This document shows, piece by piece, positions 23,440-35,149 of a DNA stretch of 64,000 nucleotides. Below the pieces are notes generated by a model, which had not been told where the DNA came from, made no database searches, and was given only the letters and a program-made list of their open reading frames with translations. Source of the stretch: Eukaryota sp. TZLM1-RC (lineage: Eukaryota > Protista > Metamonada: BaSk clade). Position 1 is the stretch's first letter, and each line of letters starts with the position of its first letter. The stretch spans positions 4,431,784 to 4,495,783 of the forward strand of contig JAUPSS010000004.1 in the NCBI GenBank assembly GCA_040285825.1, given 5' to 3'. The position numbers were made by a program, and so were the translations under genes.

Positions 23440-23815
23440 GATAGTAATGAATCAGTAGAATACACCAAACGAGCTGCAGAATTTTTGCAGACATCGACTG
23501 AGACAACATCTACAACGTTGAAAACACCATCGAGCTACTAAATCGGTTTTCTGTTACCAAAAAAATCGTCAGTCTGATCTGCAGCTAGCTTATGTACTTA
23601 CTGTTCAATAAAAGCCTCAATATTGAAACTTCTTCACATAGCATACAATTGATCACGAACTGAATTATGAACAATTGAGATGGTAGGTAATAAAATATTT
23701 GCAGTTCAAAATATGGGAAATTGTAACCACATTCTTACAGCGTCAAATAAAATCATTTGGTAACGAACAAGGACATAAGAAACATCTCATTCTCATAGCA
23801 GTAATCCATTGATGA
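23440..23815 (-). mobile_element. Fragment of family D CRE-like element
   Basis: Clear similarity to 5800-5857 joined to 12074-12390, without the Gypsy insertion. Confidence 0.75.
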
Positions 23816-23849
23816 AATGATAATAATAAAATATAATGATAGTAGCGAG

Positions 23850-25363
23850 CAAACTAAAAGAAACGGTACTTAACCTAATACATGGTTTAACCCAATTTGG
23901 TCACCCAAGCAGAAACCAAAGTCTTCATAAACTTTCCAAAAATGATTTCTAGTGGCCAAACCTGAGAAAAGATCTCATCAAACATATAGAACGTTGTCCA
24001 CCTTGTCAGAAAACAGCACCAGTAAAACAATCAAAGACTCCCTCAACTGGTTCCCTGTGGGCTAACCGCCCTTTTGCAAATTAAACGTGGTACTATTGGC
24101 CCACTTAATGAAGAGAACAACGACAATAAATATTTATTAATTTTAGTCGGTTCATCTACAAGATACACGATGCTTGTACCATTGAAACAACTCAATGCTT
24201 TAAAAGTAGCAGACGTATTGATATGCAACGTCGGCGCACTCTTTGACATATTTATGTCTATACATAGTGATAATGGTCTGGAGTTCGCCAATGAAAGATT
24301 TAAACTGCTTTGCTAAAGGATGTCAATTAAAATATCAAACTCAATTCCTTATCATTATGAAAGTACTGGATTGGTAGAATGAAAACATCGAGATGTGAAA
24401 CAGTACATAAGCAAATTATTAATAAACTACAACGACTATGATACATGGTCAATTTGTGTGCCTATATCTGAATTATTAATAAATTCAACCAAAAGTAGAA
24501 TTACAAATCACACTCCATACGAACTGATGTCTGTGTCATCTATCAGCCCAAGAACAGATCCTGCTGACATCCTGGGAGGCATTTTCGATTTTGAATTGAA
24601 TGTGCCACTTTTACAAGACCTCAAATTTAACAGTCTTCAAAAGAAATGGGAAGAAGCAGAGCATGACCAATTATTAAACACACCGAGTCATAATTGAGAA
24701 ACTAAAGAAAACACATTTAATATTGGTGACTGTATTCTTCGAAAGACTAAACAACCTAAGAAATTGCATGGATCTTGGTTAGGCCCATATCTGGTTTTAG
24801 AAACCCCTTCCAACTCCACTTTATCAATAATGAACCTGACGACTGGCGAACAAACAAACGTATGTAACAGGGACTGCAAAATATATAACGCTAACGATGC
24901 TAACGAAGTTGATCTACTTAGGGCAATCGCAGCTACTCATTCAGGTAAACATGTCATCGAAGAAATCCTTGATGAGTATAATACTGCTCAAAAACCCTTC
25001 TGTACTGTAAGATGGTGTGGTGGAGATACTACCGAAAAAATACTCCATTATATCAGTTATTCAAAAGCGTGTCAACGATTTAATAAGAAACCCAATAAAA
25101 GAAAACGTAAATCTATTGAATCCGTCAACCGCAGCTCAGGCTCTACCTGTGCCTCAGCAAAAGGGTTATCTGCAAAGGAGGCGGAAGAACAATTGTATAT
25201 AGTGGTAATTAAGAAAGGTGAAAAGGTAGTGTAGGTATCACACTCACTAGTGCGTACCTTAGTTTATATTGTATAGGGTTAAATAAAATTATCTTTATCC
25301 TAATCCGCTTTAACTAACCCTTACACTGACACTGACAGCTAGCAACAATGCCTGCTGGCAACA
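23850..25363 (+). mobile_element. Decayed second Gypsy family: integrase + PPT + probable 3' LTR (25230..~25363)
   Basis: HGLTQFGHP, CPPCQK, SDNGLEF, HTPYEL, WLGPYLV, chromodomain-like HVIEEIL...VRW; purine run AAGAAAGGTGAAAAGG followed by TGTAGG...CAACA. Confidence 0.75.
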
Positions 25364-26710
25364 TATAGAATAAAAAAGATGTCTAAAAAAATAAGCACAA
25401 ATTCAATTGGATTCGCAATTATTGAATTAATTTCAATCTTATTAGCAACTTCTTATTAGGTGCACAGTAGAGTAAAAGTGTCTTTAAGTAAGTAGTGAAC
25501 AGTAATTTCATTAATTTTTTCGATGAGAGAGTCCTGTTTAATGAAGTTAAATGGTTTTCGTCTCTTAAGTTCAAAAGTGTGTTCAAAATTCAAGGATAAA
25601 TCACATCTATAATTGATACAGTCGATTGCACTTGTGTTGGTCGTATTAAAAACACTGTTGATTTCAGCTTTAAATAAGTTTCCTTCAATTAAAAACTGTC
25701 GACAACAAAGCTATCAGAGAAATAAAAAACAATAACGATAGTCGATTATTTTTCTCCAAAAGTTCTACTGCAAGTCTGTTGATCATGTTGATGATATATG
25801 GTTCCATATGTCATATTCAAGCCACATTGTGGATATATCTTGTGGTAAATGCAAGATTTGCTTCCACATTTCCGTGTTCAGTGAGGTCACCAACCAAATC
25901 ATCAGCATCAATAAAAGTAAAATAAAATGAATAGAAAGTTACTTCAGTGGAAGTAAAAGATTCCAATACAATACGAAGGTAACATTCATAATCCACATTA
26001 TTTTCAACATTTACGTGAATTAAATATTCTGCAACGTACTGAATGTGCGAATGTAATGAATGTTATATATAATTAGCATTGTCAAAAATTACGTGGTTAT
26101 TATTTTCATGATAAATATTGTAGTTATGATCGCTGTATTTGCTTATCCATTAAACCAATTCATAAAAAGCTGGAAAAATTGAATCAAAAGATATATTATT
26201 TATATTATATACAACTGTTCCAATTTTAGGCATACCTTCCTCCTCGAAAATGTTGGAATCGCAATGTTGGAATACGGATTCAACCATTTCACTCATATCA
26301 AATGTTACAGTTGATGTTGAAATCACTGGGAATCAGTTTCTAAATTTAGTTGACACAACAATACCATCTTCTTGTGCATCCTTATAATACATTGTGGCGA
26401 CATTAACCAATTTTCTATTCTTACTCGTGTTTAAAACAGGTCGCACCATATATTCACAACTCCTAACAAGTGAATGGGTTTCATTAGTTCCACCAAATGA
26501 AGTGCTGTGTGTGTCATCTTGTTCGGTTGCACCATTCTTGTTATTGTCGATATTTATATTAGTCGATTTTAAACACAATTTAAGGAAATACAAAAAAGGG
26601 AATGGTTGGTTGATCCAAATTACAGAAATAATGAAGGTCATTCACAAATGTCGTTATATGTTTAAATAAATCAATTATCACCACCTGAAGATATATTTCA
26701 CCACACTAAA

Positions 26711-27097
26711 TTGAAAACACCAAAAAAGTACATTAAAACTTGGATTAAAAAAGGTTTACAATTTCCTGAATGGTTACAGGAGAAAAATTGTAGATACTGG
26801 ATTGATTTTGCAATCACAATGATTTTATCAGGACACCCTGATTTACCAAACTGGGTGAAAAAAGGTTTATTAGAAGATGACCAACATTTGGATAAAGTAA
26901 TTAATGTTCGGATTGATCAAGATAATGCACCAGATTGGATTGTCTCAGAATTTAATTCCAGAGATCGCTTAAAGATATTAAAGAAAAAGGTTGCAAAGAA
27001 AGTAAAGATTAAAGATTGGGTTTTGAAATTATTAACAGATGATGAACGTGAAGAGCTATGGCAATTTGAAAATGACACTAGTATTTGCGAGTCGTAA
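26711..27097 (+). CDS. Hypothetical protein with repeated PxW motif
   Basis: 128-aa ORF with coding-like composition (FPEWL, LPNWV, APDWI, IKDWV); start uncertain. Confidence 0.45.
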   Translation: MKTPKKYIKTWIKKGLQFPEWLQEKNCRYWIDFAITMILSGHPDLPNWVKKGLLEDDQHLDKVINVRIDQDNAPDWIVSEFNSRDRLKILKKKVAKKVKIKDWVLKLLTDDEREELWQFENDTSICES

Positions 27098-27267
27098 ATT
27101 TAGTTGTTGGTTTGAAAATTTTAAATATAATATAAATTATAATTACAATTAATATAATCATTAATATGATTTTTAATTTTGGAACAATAATTTTTTTGAT
27201 GAACCACTTTTACCAACATTGTGCATTTTAAACAATTCATCAATGTTAATTTTCATTGATTCTTGAA

Positions 27268-28100
27268 TTAATTCATCTTCACTTTCTTAAAATTATTATT
27301 ATTTCTAACATCAATTACCAACAAATCAGTTTTATCAGGACTTGGACGTAAACCCCTCCCTAGTATTTGGTCATATAATATTTTCGAATAAGTAACTCGA
27401 TTGTAAATGATTAAATCAACCCTGGGGCAATCAAAAACAGTTGTCAAAACACCAACATTGGAAATAACCTGTATGTCACCATTCTCCAATTCTTTTAATA
27501 TTTCATCTCTATTTTTTGTTTTTCCATCAATGTGTTTGGATTTAATTCCGTGTTCAACCAACACATCATTAACATTTTTAGATTCATTAATAGTTTTTGA
27601 AAATATCAATACACATTTTCTATTTGTTTCTTTAATCATATCACCAAATTCCTCCACTTGTTTATCCATTTTTTTTACCTCATATGGCACTAGATATGAA
27701 TTATCAATCATCCATTCTCTTGTTTTGGAAAAAATTATTGGTAAATCCAAATGATATGGTGTTGCAGTGAATCCAATCACATTTGAATTTGATGAAACTC
27801 TCTTGATTATATTTTCAACTTGTTCAACTGCTTGGTGAACTTCATCTATAATAATCCAATTAAATTTACCGTGTTGTAATAGTTTATCAACACGATCTTT
27901 GGTTTTTGTGTGATGTAATGAACATCTTCCGGCAATGACAATTCTTTTATCATATTCTTCTTTTGATGCTTTAACTATGCCAATCTCATCTACTAAATCT
28001 TCATTAACCATTTTAATTTTATCAATTGTTTGTTGACACAATTCATCTGTGTAAATGATGATCAAAACACGTTCAGTTTTAGGAATTTGTGTTTCCAGGG
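27268..28100 (-). pseudogene. N-terminally truncated SF2 DExH helicase (Irc3/RadD/UvsW-like)
   Basis: RVLIIIYTDELCQQT (Ia), IIIDEVHQ (II), GFTATP (III), LIFS (IV), FDCPRVD (V), QILGRGLR (VI); Walker A not present. Confidence 0.8.
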
Positions 28101-29916
28101 ATATTAATGATAAATTAGAATTACATGATCAGATATTACAAAATACATTGAATATGAATAATGTCGATAATTATTCATTGGTCATTGATGAAAATACATT
28201 GGAAGCATTATATACTACATTTATACGTGTATTAGATAATTATTTACAACTTGATGATAATGGGAAGGAATATATATTAGATTATCATACTAAAACAGAT
28301 GATGAAAAAGCTGACATACTTGAAACATTTAGGGGTGGTAACATTGATGAAGATGCTTATAATAATTTGAGATTGGTTTTGAATGTTGATGGACTAAATG
28401 ACCTCATAGAACAATGTTTGTATATTTTATTAAATTGAGCATATTCAATAAACGCAATTCCCAATTCATTTACTTTAAATAATGTAAGATTTGATGATGA
28501 GTTTAAGAAAACAGTCAAAAAAATATTTAAACGGAGTGTTATTTATATTAATAATGCCACAATTTTATATAAACTCATCTCAAAATTTCGAATGGTCGGC
28601 TAATTACACCTTTTATATAGCGGAAGCATTTTTAGAAGGATATTATTCTGGAATAACAATGATAAGACATGGTGATTATATTTATGATCAATACCGAGCT
28701 AATCCTGATTATCAAGGTGTACCAGTATCAAGTGCTATGGTCCATGCAAGTCTATGGGTCACTCACTACGTAGTACCCATCAACATCTTCAAAGAACACC
28801 ATTTTTAAATGGTGCATCTAGAGAAATTAGAGAACTCACCACACCAGGATATTTGACATTTTATAGTAATGTATATCAACATTCCAATCCCACTAATATT
28901 GAAATTAATAGATTGGGAAAACATATTAAACAATCATTTGCACAAGTGGGATCAGACAACATTGGAATGGACTTACCAGGCAATTTTTACAATAGATTGA
29001 TTGCATTTGAATATGAGGGTTGTAATGAAGATTTTATTGCACATGTATCCGATGGTTTTGAATCTTCGGAAGGTGGGAGATTCCCATTACAACATGCATC
29101 TGAAAAAGAAAAATTACGCTCAAAATTTTTCAAATTGGTAGTCAATGAAGATGATTACAGAATAGATAGCATTCATAACCAAGATAAAATGCCACAAATT
29201 CATGAAACTCAAGAAATTAAAAATGTTTTAATTTTCAATTCTAGTGGATTTTTAATTACACTAATTGGAGATACATTACAACCAGTTCCCTTTAAATCAA
29301 CATCAAGTTGATTTAAGCAAGTCGTAGTAATAGACCAAGTGAGCCACATGGATTTGTGGAATATAGACAAGATTTTATGAGATATAGATTTATTGAAATA
29401 CATGGAGATGGTGTTCATTTACGATATGGTATTTCAAATTATTGTTTATTAAAGGGATTGGTACCGTTTGAAGATAGAATTGAAGTTAAACGTAATTTTT
29501 TCCTGAAAAATCGAAATGATATTGAAAACATCTTAACAATATTCGCAGGGAAAAGTCGTAACATCGTGTTATCAAGAGTACGAAAAACCTCTAATCAACA
29601 AATATTAACAAAAATTTTTAATGCATTAAATTTAATTGTTGGGTATAATTTATTAGAAATTTATAATGGAAGTAATGGAAGAATAGATATTGAAACCATT
29701 GTAGATATAATAAATGGACGCAATGTGGGCGCAATTGGTGAACTATTAGCTAACCAACAATTAGTAAACACATTAGATAAAACATCACAACCATTTATTG
29801 AAAATAGAACTGTAAATCGTATTCAATTAGAAATTCAAAATCATTTTGGCGACCGAGATAAAATTTTCACACACGTCTTACCTGATGTTGCAGAAGAGTT
29901 TAATTCCATTAAATGA
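28100..29916 (+). pseudogene. Chain of co-oriented hypothetical ORFs, probably one or two fragmented genes
   Basis: ORFs 28055-28438, 28491-28808, 28754-29311 and 29356-29916 abut or overlap; one shift falls at a T-run near 28805; no recognised motif. Confidence 0.4.
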
Positions 29917-30338
29917 GGTTCAACGCAACAACCAGATGGTTCGGTGTTAAAACTTTTATTAATCGATAATATTTTATTAAGTAACAATACCTATTCTGTT
30001 TTGCTGAGTGGCCGTACATCTTTACTCTGATCAAATGAGCACAACTGAATTTGTTGAACATTACAATATGAAAGTGAAATAGAGAACATTCTTTTATGAC
30101 ACACATACTACTTGAAATGAAAAAAATACGCAATAAGGTAGAATACAGTGTTGGTTTTTGATTATGAACCAAAAGAACCAGCTTTGAACAATAAAATGGG
30201 TTATGAATTACTACTTTAAATGTATCATATTACTGATGGGAACTAATCTCTGTAATACTTTGAAAAAGAACAAATAATATTGCATAATGAATGAATACAG
30301 CATAAGCGGATATCTCGAGGAGCTATTCTTTCTTGTTG

Positions 30339-31055
30339 ATGTTAAAGCTACTGTCCCTGTTTTGCATCTTTATTGCTGTATTGGGGTCATGTCCACCAAC
30401 AGAACGCGAAGCTCTGATAGCTATCTATGTGGCGTTAAAAGGGGGTGATTGGGCCAACACTTGGGACATTCATAACCCAGGAATAGACCACTGCAGCTGG
30501 TATGGAGTGGAGTGTTCTTCTGGAAGAGTAACAGCTATTATGCTCCAGGAAAACAACCTAAAGGGTGTCATACCATCTGTAATAGGCTGTTTTAACAGTC
30601 TTCAATATCTCAAGTTGCAAGGAAACATGCTGACGGGTTATATTCCATCCTCAATTGGCCATTTGCAAAAATTGAAGACGTTAGACCTCTCCGATAGTTT
30701 GATCACTGGACGTATTCCTACTACATTGTGTAATCTTTATGGTATGTTTTATGGATATTTAACAGCAGAAAGTCTACAATACTTGAACCTTCATAACACA
30801 AGACTTAATGGCAAGATACCTGAATGCTTTGATGTGAGATTCTCGTCTTCATTGGTATCATTTTCGGTACATTGTACAAGTCTTATTGGTACCATTCCAG
30901 ATGGTTTTGCAGATATGCGTTCATTGAGGTACCTCACATCCTATTGTACTTCAATGGGATGTGCCGGATGTACTCAGTTCAATGGACCTCATGGATGTCA
31001 AAAACAGTGTGGAAATGTCAATTGTGATAGTCAATGTCTAGCAAGTACTAGTTGA
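30339..31055 (+). CDS. Small secreted leucine-rich-repeat protein (LRRNT_2 cap + plant-specific-type LRRs, Cys-rich tail)
   Basis: Signal peptide, EREALIAIY...W...HCSWYGVEC cap, LxLxxNxLxGxIP repeats; probable in-frame mini-intron at 30742..30765/30768. Confidence 0.88.
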   Translation: MLKLLSLFCIFIAVLGSCPPTEREALIAIYVALKGGDWANTWDIHNPGIDHCSWYGVECSSGRVTAIMLQENNLKGVIPSVIGCFNSLQYLKLQGNMLTGYIPSSIGHLQKLKTLDLSDSLITGRIPTTLCNLYGMFYGYLTAESLQYLNLHNTRLNGKIPECFDVRFSSSLVSFSVHCTSLIGTIPDGFADMRSLRYLTSYCTSMGCAGCTQFNGPHGCQKQCGNVNCDSQCLASTS

Positions 31056-31059
31056 ATGT

Positions 31060-31230
31060 ATTGTAAATTTCTATCAAAACGCGCTTGATAGACGTTAAGC
31101 TTACTTTAGATCCATCACTATATGATATCACGATCAAATGGTAGTTAAAGCAGCAACATAACAATATGCGTACAGGTACGCAATACATGGAAAAACACTT
31201 ATCTACGGGGTCTCCGGAACGCCGCAGGTC
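31060..31230 (-). ncRNA. Candidate Fanzor omega-RNA scaffold
   Basis: Immediately 3' of the Fanzor ORF; stems 31167-31173/31176-31182 and 31070-31077/31085-31092; boundaries are inferred. Confidence 0.4.
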
Positions 31231-33111
31231 TTTCATTGTAGAAGTTCTCACTTATGGCAATCTCAAGCTGGTTTCTGGAGGCTGAGATGTCCCTCGACCA
31301 GAGTGTCTGACATTGAGGGCAGACAAACTTAACATTGTTTACCCTCCCATCATCGTGATACACCTTTTGATTGAATACCTTACAGCAATTCGTTTTGGCA
31401 GATGTGTAGAATTGATCTCCATTAGGCTTCACATATGTAAAATGTTTCCGAATCTTCTTCAAAAAGCGCTTCCTTGGGGTTTTCACAGCTTGTCTTAATG
31501 GCCCATCACCTCCACAACCAAACCAAATTTTGGTTTCTCTTCCATTAGCCATTAGATTAATTTTTTCAATTAATCCCATTATCCTTTTTTAACTTCTTAT
31601 AAAGAAATCAAACTTGTTGCGGCGCAGGGCTCGGCGATCTCCATTCATCAGCAGTTGGTCTAGTATAGTTCTCGGACGGAAGTCGGGATTACTGATTTCT
31701 TCCTGTGTCGGTACCCACATCAACGGCATTGCTATTTCATTAAGATATTTGTGTAAATTCTTAGCGAAATAGCAATTTGGTGATGCATGGGTCAGGACCG
31801 GGAGGTGAATGATCTTCCTTGCCTTTGGATTCAGAACAAGGGCCGAAAGTTGATGATCAACATTGTTATTATCAAATCTTGATCCAATTGAATAGCCACA
31901 CAAATTTTTGTGGTTAGGATCAATTACACAAAATGAATATTCAATTGGATCAACTGGAGGAGGCTCATAGGCGTCGTCAGTTCTTCGACGTTGCCTTGGA
32001 CGGACCTGTTGTTGAAGTCTAGAGTTTTGCTTTCGACTCTTTGCAGGCATATTGAGTTTCCCACTGGCTATGGTGGTTGCCAATTCTCTGTCTGTCCGGC
32101 GATTCTTATTTTTTTAGGGGCAAAGGAAAAAGTGAAGCGGATTGAAACAGCATCTGAACTGATTGTGTAAGTCAGATACTTCTTTTTTCTGAAAAGGGCA
32201 AACGGATCTTTCAGCAGACAGTGGTTGGCATTAAAAGAGAGAAAATGCTTTTCCAGTTTTTGACTAAAAGAGATAAAGCCAGGAGAATAACTGGGGGATG
32301 TGCAAACAACATTTCTTCGCATGGTGTCAGATGCAATATTTTCCAGAAAGGATACAATATTTAGCCTAGTAGTGAATAAGAAGGTGATGTTGTCTAGATT
32401 GAAATCAACATTCTCCAGCATCAACATAGCGTCAAAACGATGAGGGTCGGCAACCTGCTGAGTAAATAAATCCATTATGTACTCATGGTGACCTTCATCA
32501 TACCATGCGCGCAAAGACTCAGAAATAGTGGCTGCAGTCGTGTTCACCACTAATGAAGCATATTTTTTTGGGCAAGGGCACTCAAAGAAGGTAGCCTTTG
32601 TCCGGAAGAAGTTCAGCTTCCAGGAGACAGGGCCATCAGTAAGTATTTGACAAAAGCTGTTCGCCATTTGCAGTACGTGAAAGCTTCTAATGTCAGAGTG
32701 GTACCAGTTGTTGGTTCCCTTCTGAAAGCCAATAGGAGGAAACGGCCAGCCAGGTCGGAAAGAGACATCATAGAGTGCGCGGTACACTTCCATATGGTTC
32801 TCGAATGGGCGTCTCACAGTCGGATGAGGTACCATTACAAAGTCTTCGCATTTATACACAAACTCTTGTTGATATAACCAGAAAGCCATTTCCGGATATT
32901 GCAGAACGAACAGCTGTGCTAACCGGGCAGTAAGCACAGTGACAGTTCGAATATAGCGAAACTGTCTTTCCATTGAAACAAGAGCTGCAGTAGAGAAGAA
33001 CTGAGCAGCACTTGCTGGAACTGTCGGCTTGCTGTCGTTTATTGGTTGCTCACGACGGTTAACCTCCCAGGGGAGTACACGCCCTCGACGTGGCAACTCT
33101 GGATTTGCCAT
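31199..33111 (-). CDS. Fanzor1-like (eukaryotic TnpB) RNA-guided nuclease, ~637 aa; split by a 1-nt A-run indel (32109-32115) and an in-frame TAA (31589-31591)
   Basis: ISSDAVSIRFTF (TDGVS-like), RuvC-I VIDPN, WFGCG, DQFYTS (DExxTS), NCC...CPQC zinc finger, RuvC-III WSRDISASRN, terminal ERPAAFRR. Confidence 0.82.
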
Positions 33112-35149
33112 AGGGAATGTCAGTCGAGAAAGGATCAGACTGTCAACAATAAAAATTTCATTTATTCACAACTTCTTGCATCTATAAAAATACAAAACAT
33201 GAGCAAAATGTTGTAAAATGTTGTAGGAGTTGTTGTAGGTGATAACATTAGCATATCCAACCAAGAAAACGTGTTGTTTCAATGAGTTGGTATAAAGTTT
33301 TATTTTCATAATGTGATCAACTTGACACTTCTTTAATCTTTAAATAGAAACCACTCAACCTAACAACTTCTCTCTTACACGAACTTTATCTTCTACGATG
33401 TAAAGACTTGGGTGAGTCTTCTTCCACTCAACATTTTGATGATTTTCAGAAATCGTTTCCTTCCATAACCTCACTAGAAATTCAGCGATTATGCCTTTGG
33501 TCCCTATTCAGCTGACACCTTTAGAGTTTGAATAGATTACGATAGAAAATTAGAATATTGTCTTTTCAATATCTGTTTTTTCATATTCAAACTTGCTGTC
33601 TTATCATCTTCGGCTTCGTTTATTAACTCCACACCTTCTACTTGTGCAGAACTTTTGATATTACACTTTGATAAGAGAATGGCATTTCTCCAATCCATAT
33701 TGCATTCCATCGCTTGCCGTGGTTGCTAAAGTCACAGCGATGTTCGTTATACATTATTGATTACAGTTGCATGCAGCTTTCTTTCACATATATGGTGGAC
33801 TTAATCTATTCACACATCAAGGACCATTCTCTTTTGTCTTCTCATTTCGTCAGTCATTGATGTGGTCATGGGGGAACTGTCCAAAAGGGCTGATTTGACA
33901 CCAAAACTACTAGTTGTTTTCGATACTCTCTTTTTCGGATTGAATCACACTCTAAATACCATTCTATTATATAGTCAATCTCTGCAGTCCTTGGAAGATT
34001 CCTCGCATATAGCCTTGAACTAACAAAACAAGTCCCTCTCTTTCAACACTTATTGGGGAATTCCTTGGGGTTTTGTCTGATCTGAATTACTCAAATACCA
34101 TTTATTAATAATGGTGATCCTAATTAATTCGACTCCATATCAAGCAGAATACAGGGCTCCATGTCCATTATAATTGCTCCTCTCAGCTGGTTTTTTTCCA
34201 ACACCACCGCCATTGTTCTTTTTTTAAAAAAGATAATAATTTTTTAAAACAATTATAAAGAGGAATGTCAGACTTGGATATCTAGGTGTTCTGAGAATCG
34301 TGTTGCAAGCTTGGACAGTCGAATTAAGCACGACGTGTCTTCTTTTGAGTTGAATTGGTCCCTGATAAACCACCACCAAAGTACAATCTTGTTGACTGAG
34401 TCCAAGACTGAGAAGGCGTATATATATAAGGTACAATTGCTAATACAATGGTAAAGAATGTAGATTTTAGGATTTCTTCTGATAAAAAAGGATTGACAGA
34501 TTTATATTGTAACTAATACTCACCACATAACTAATAGTTCCAAAATGAAACAGTATCGCTTCATCTTTTATTATAGTGTTCGTGCAAGTGTTGGTAAAAA
34601 GGATAGTGTTGGTGAAAGAAGTGGTGTGTTGAAAAAGGATTTTATAATTATGTGGACAAAAGGAAAACCACAATTGATTTTAGATTTAAAATATATAAAA
34701 TCTTTCATCTGAAAGTAGGTGAGTGTCTTGAAATTAATGGATTTGAATAGTTAATAATATACCTAATCAATTAACTTTGATACCCAATTTCCAAGATCTA
34801 TCACTATTTTCGACATTCAATTCCGTTCATTATGAATCTTACAAAATTAAGAATAGATGAGTATTTTGATTTGGAAACATTAATCATATAGAGATATTGG
34901 AAATTAGATTCTTTTATGATGATGACTATTGTGATTTTGTTCAAAAATTAATAAAAATAAAAAAAATTTAAAAGTGAAACGAAAAAGCATAATAATCAGC
35001 ATTCAAAGTTTTAGAATTATCATACAAAGAAAATTTACTAATGTTGATTGAACCTTTGAACGATTAATAAAGAAATAAGAATGATTTTTGCACAAAATGA
35101 AGTTTCCTATACTGATTTTTTGTATTGTGTTTTTAATTATAAGTTTTGT

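Noticed and set aside
7491-31591. Reassigned genetic code (TAA/TAG read as sense), suggested by single in-frame stops in Gypsy pol, MuDR and Fanzor
   Set aside because: Host genes of 848-2500 aa contain no internal TAA/TAG, and several end at TAA/TAG (ABCB, Rpn2, IFRD, TRIC-like). The standard code fits.
31050-33170. Terminal inverted repeats around the Fanzor (~31053-31075 versus ~33148-33168)
   Set aside because: Only loose AT-rich similarity and no TSD; cannot be distinguished from chance or poly(A)-signal-like sequence.
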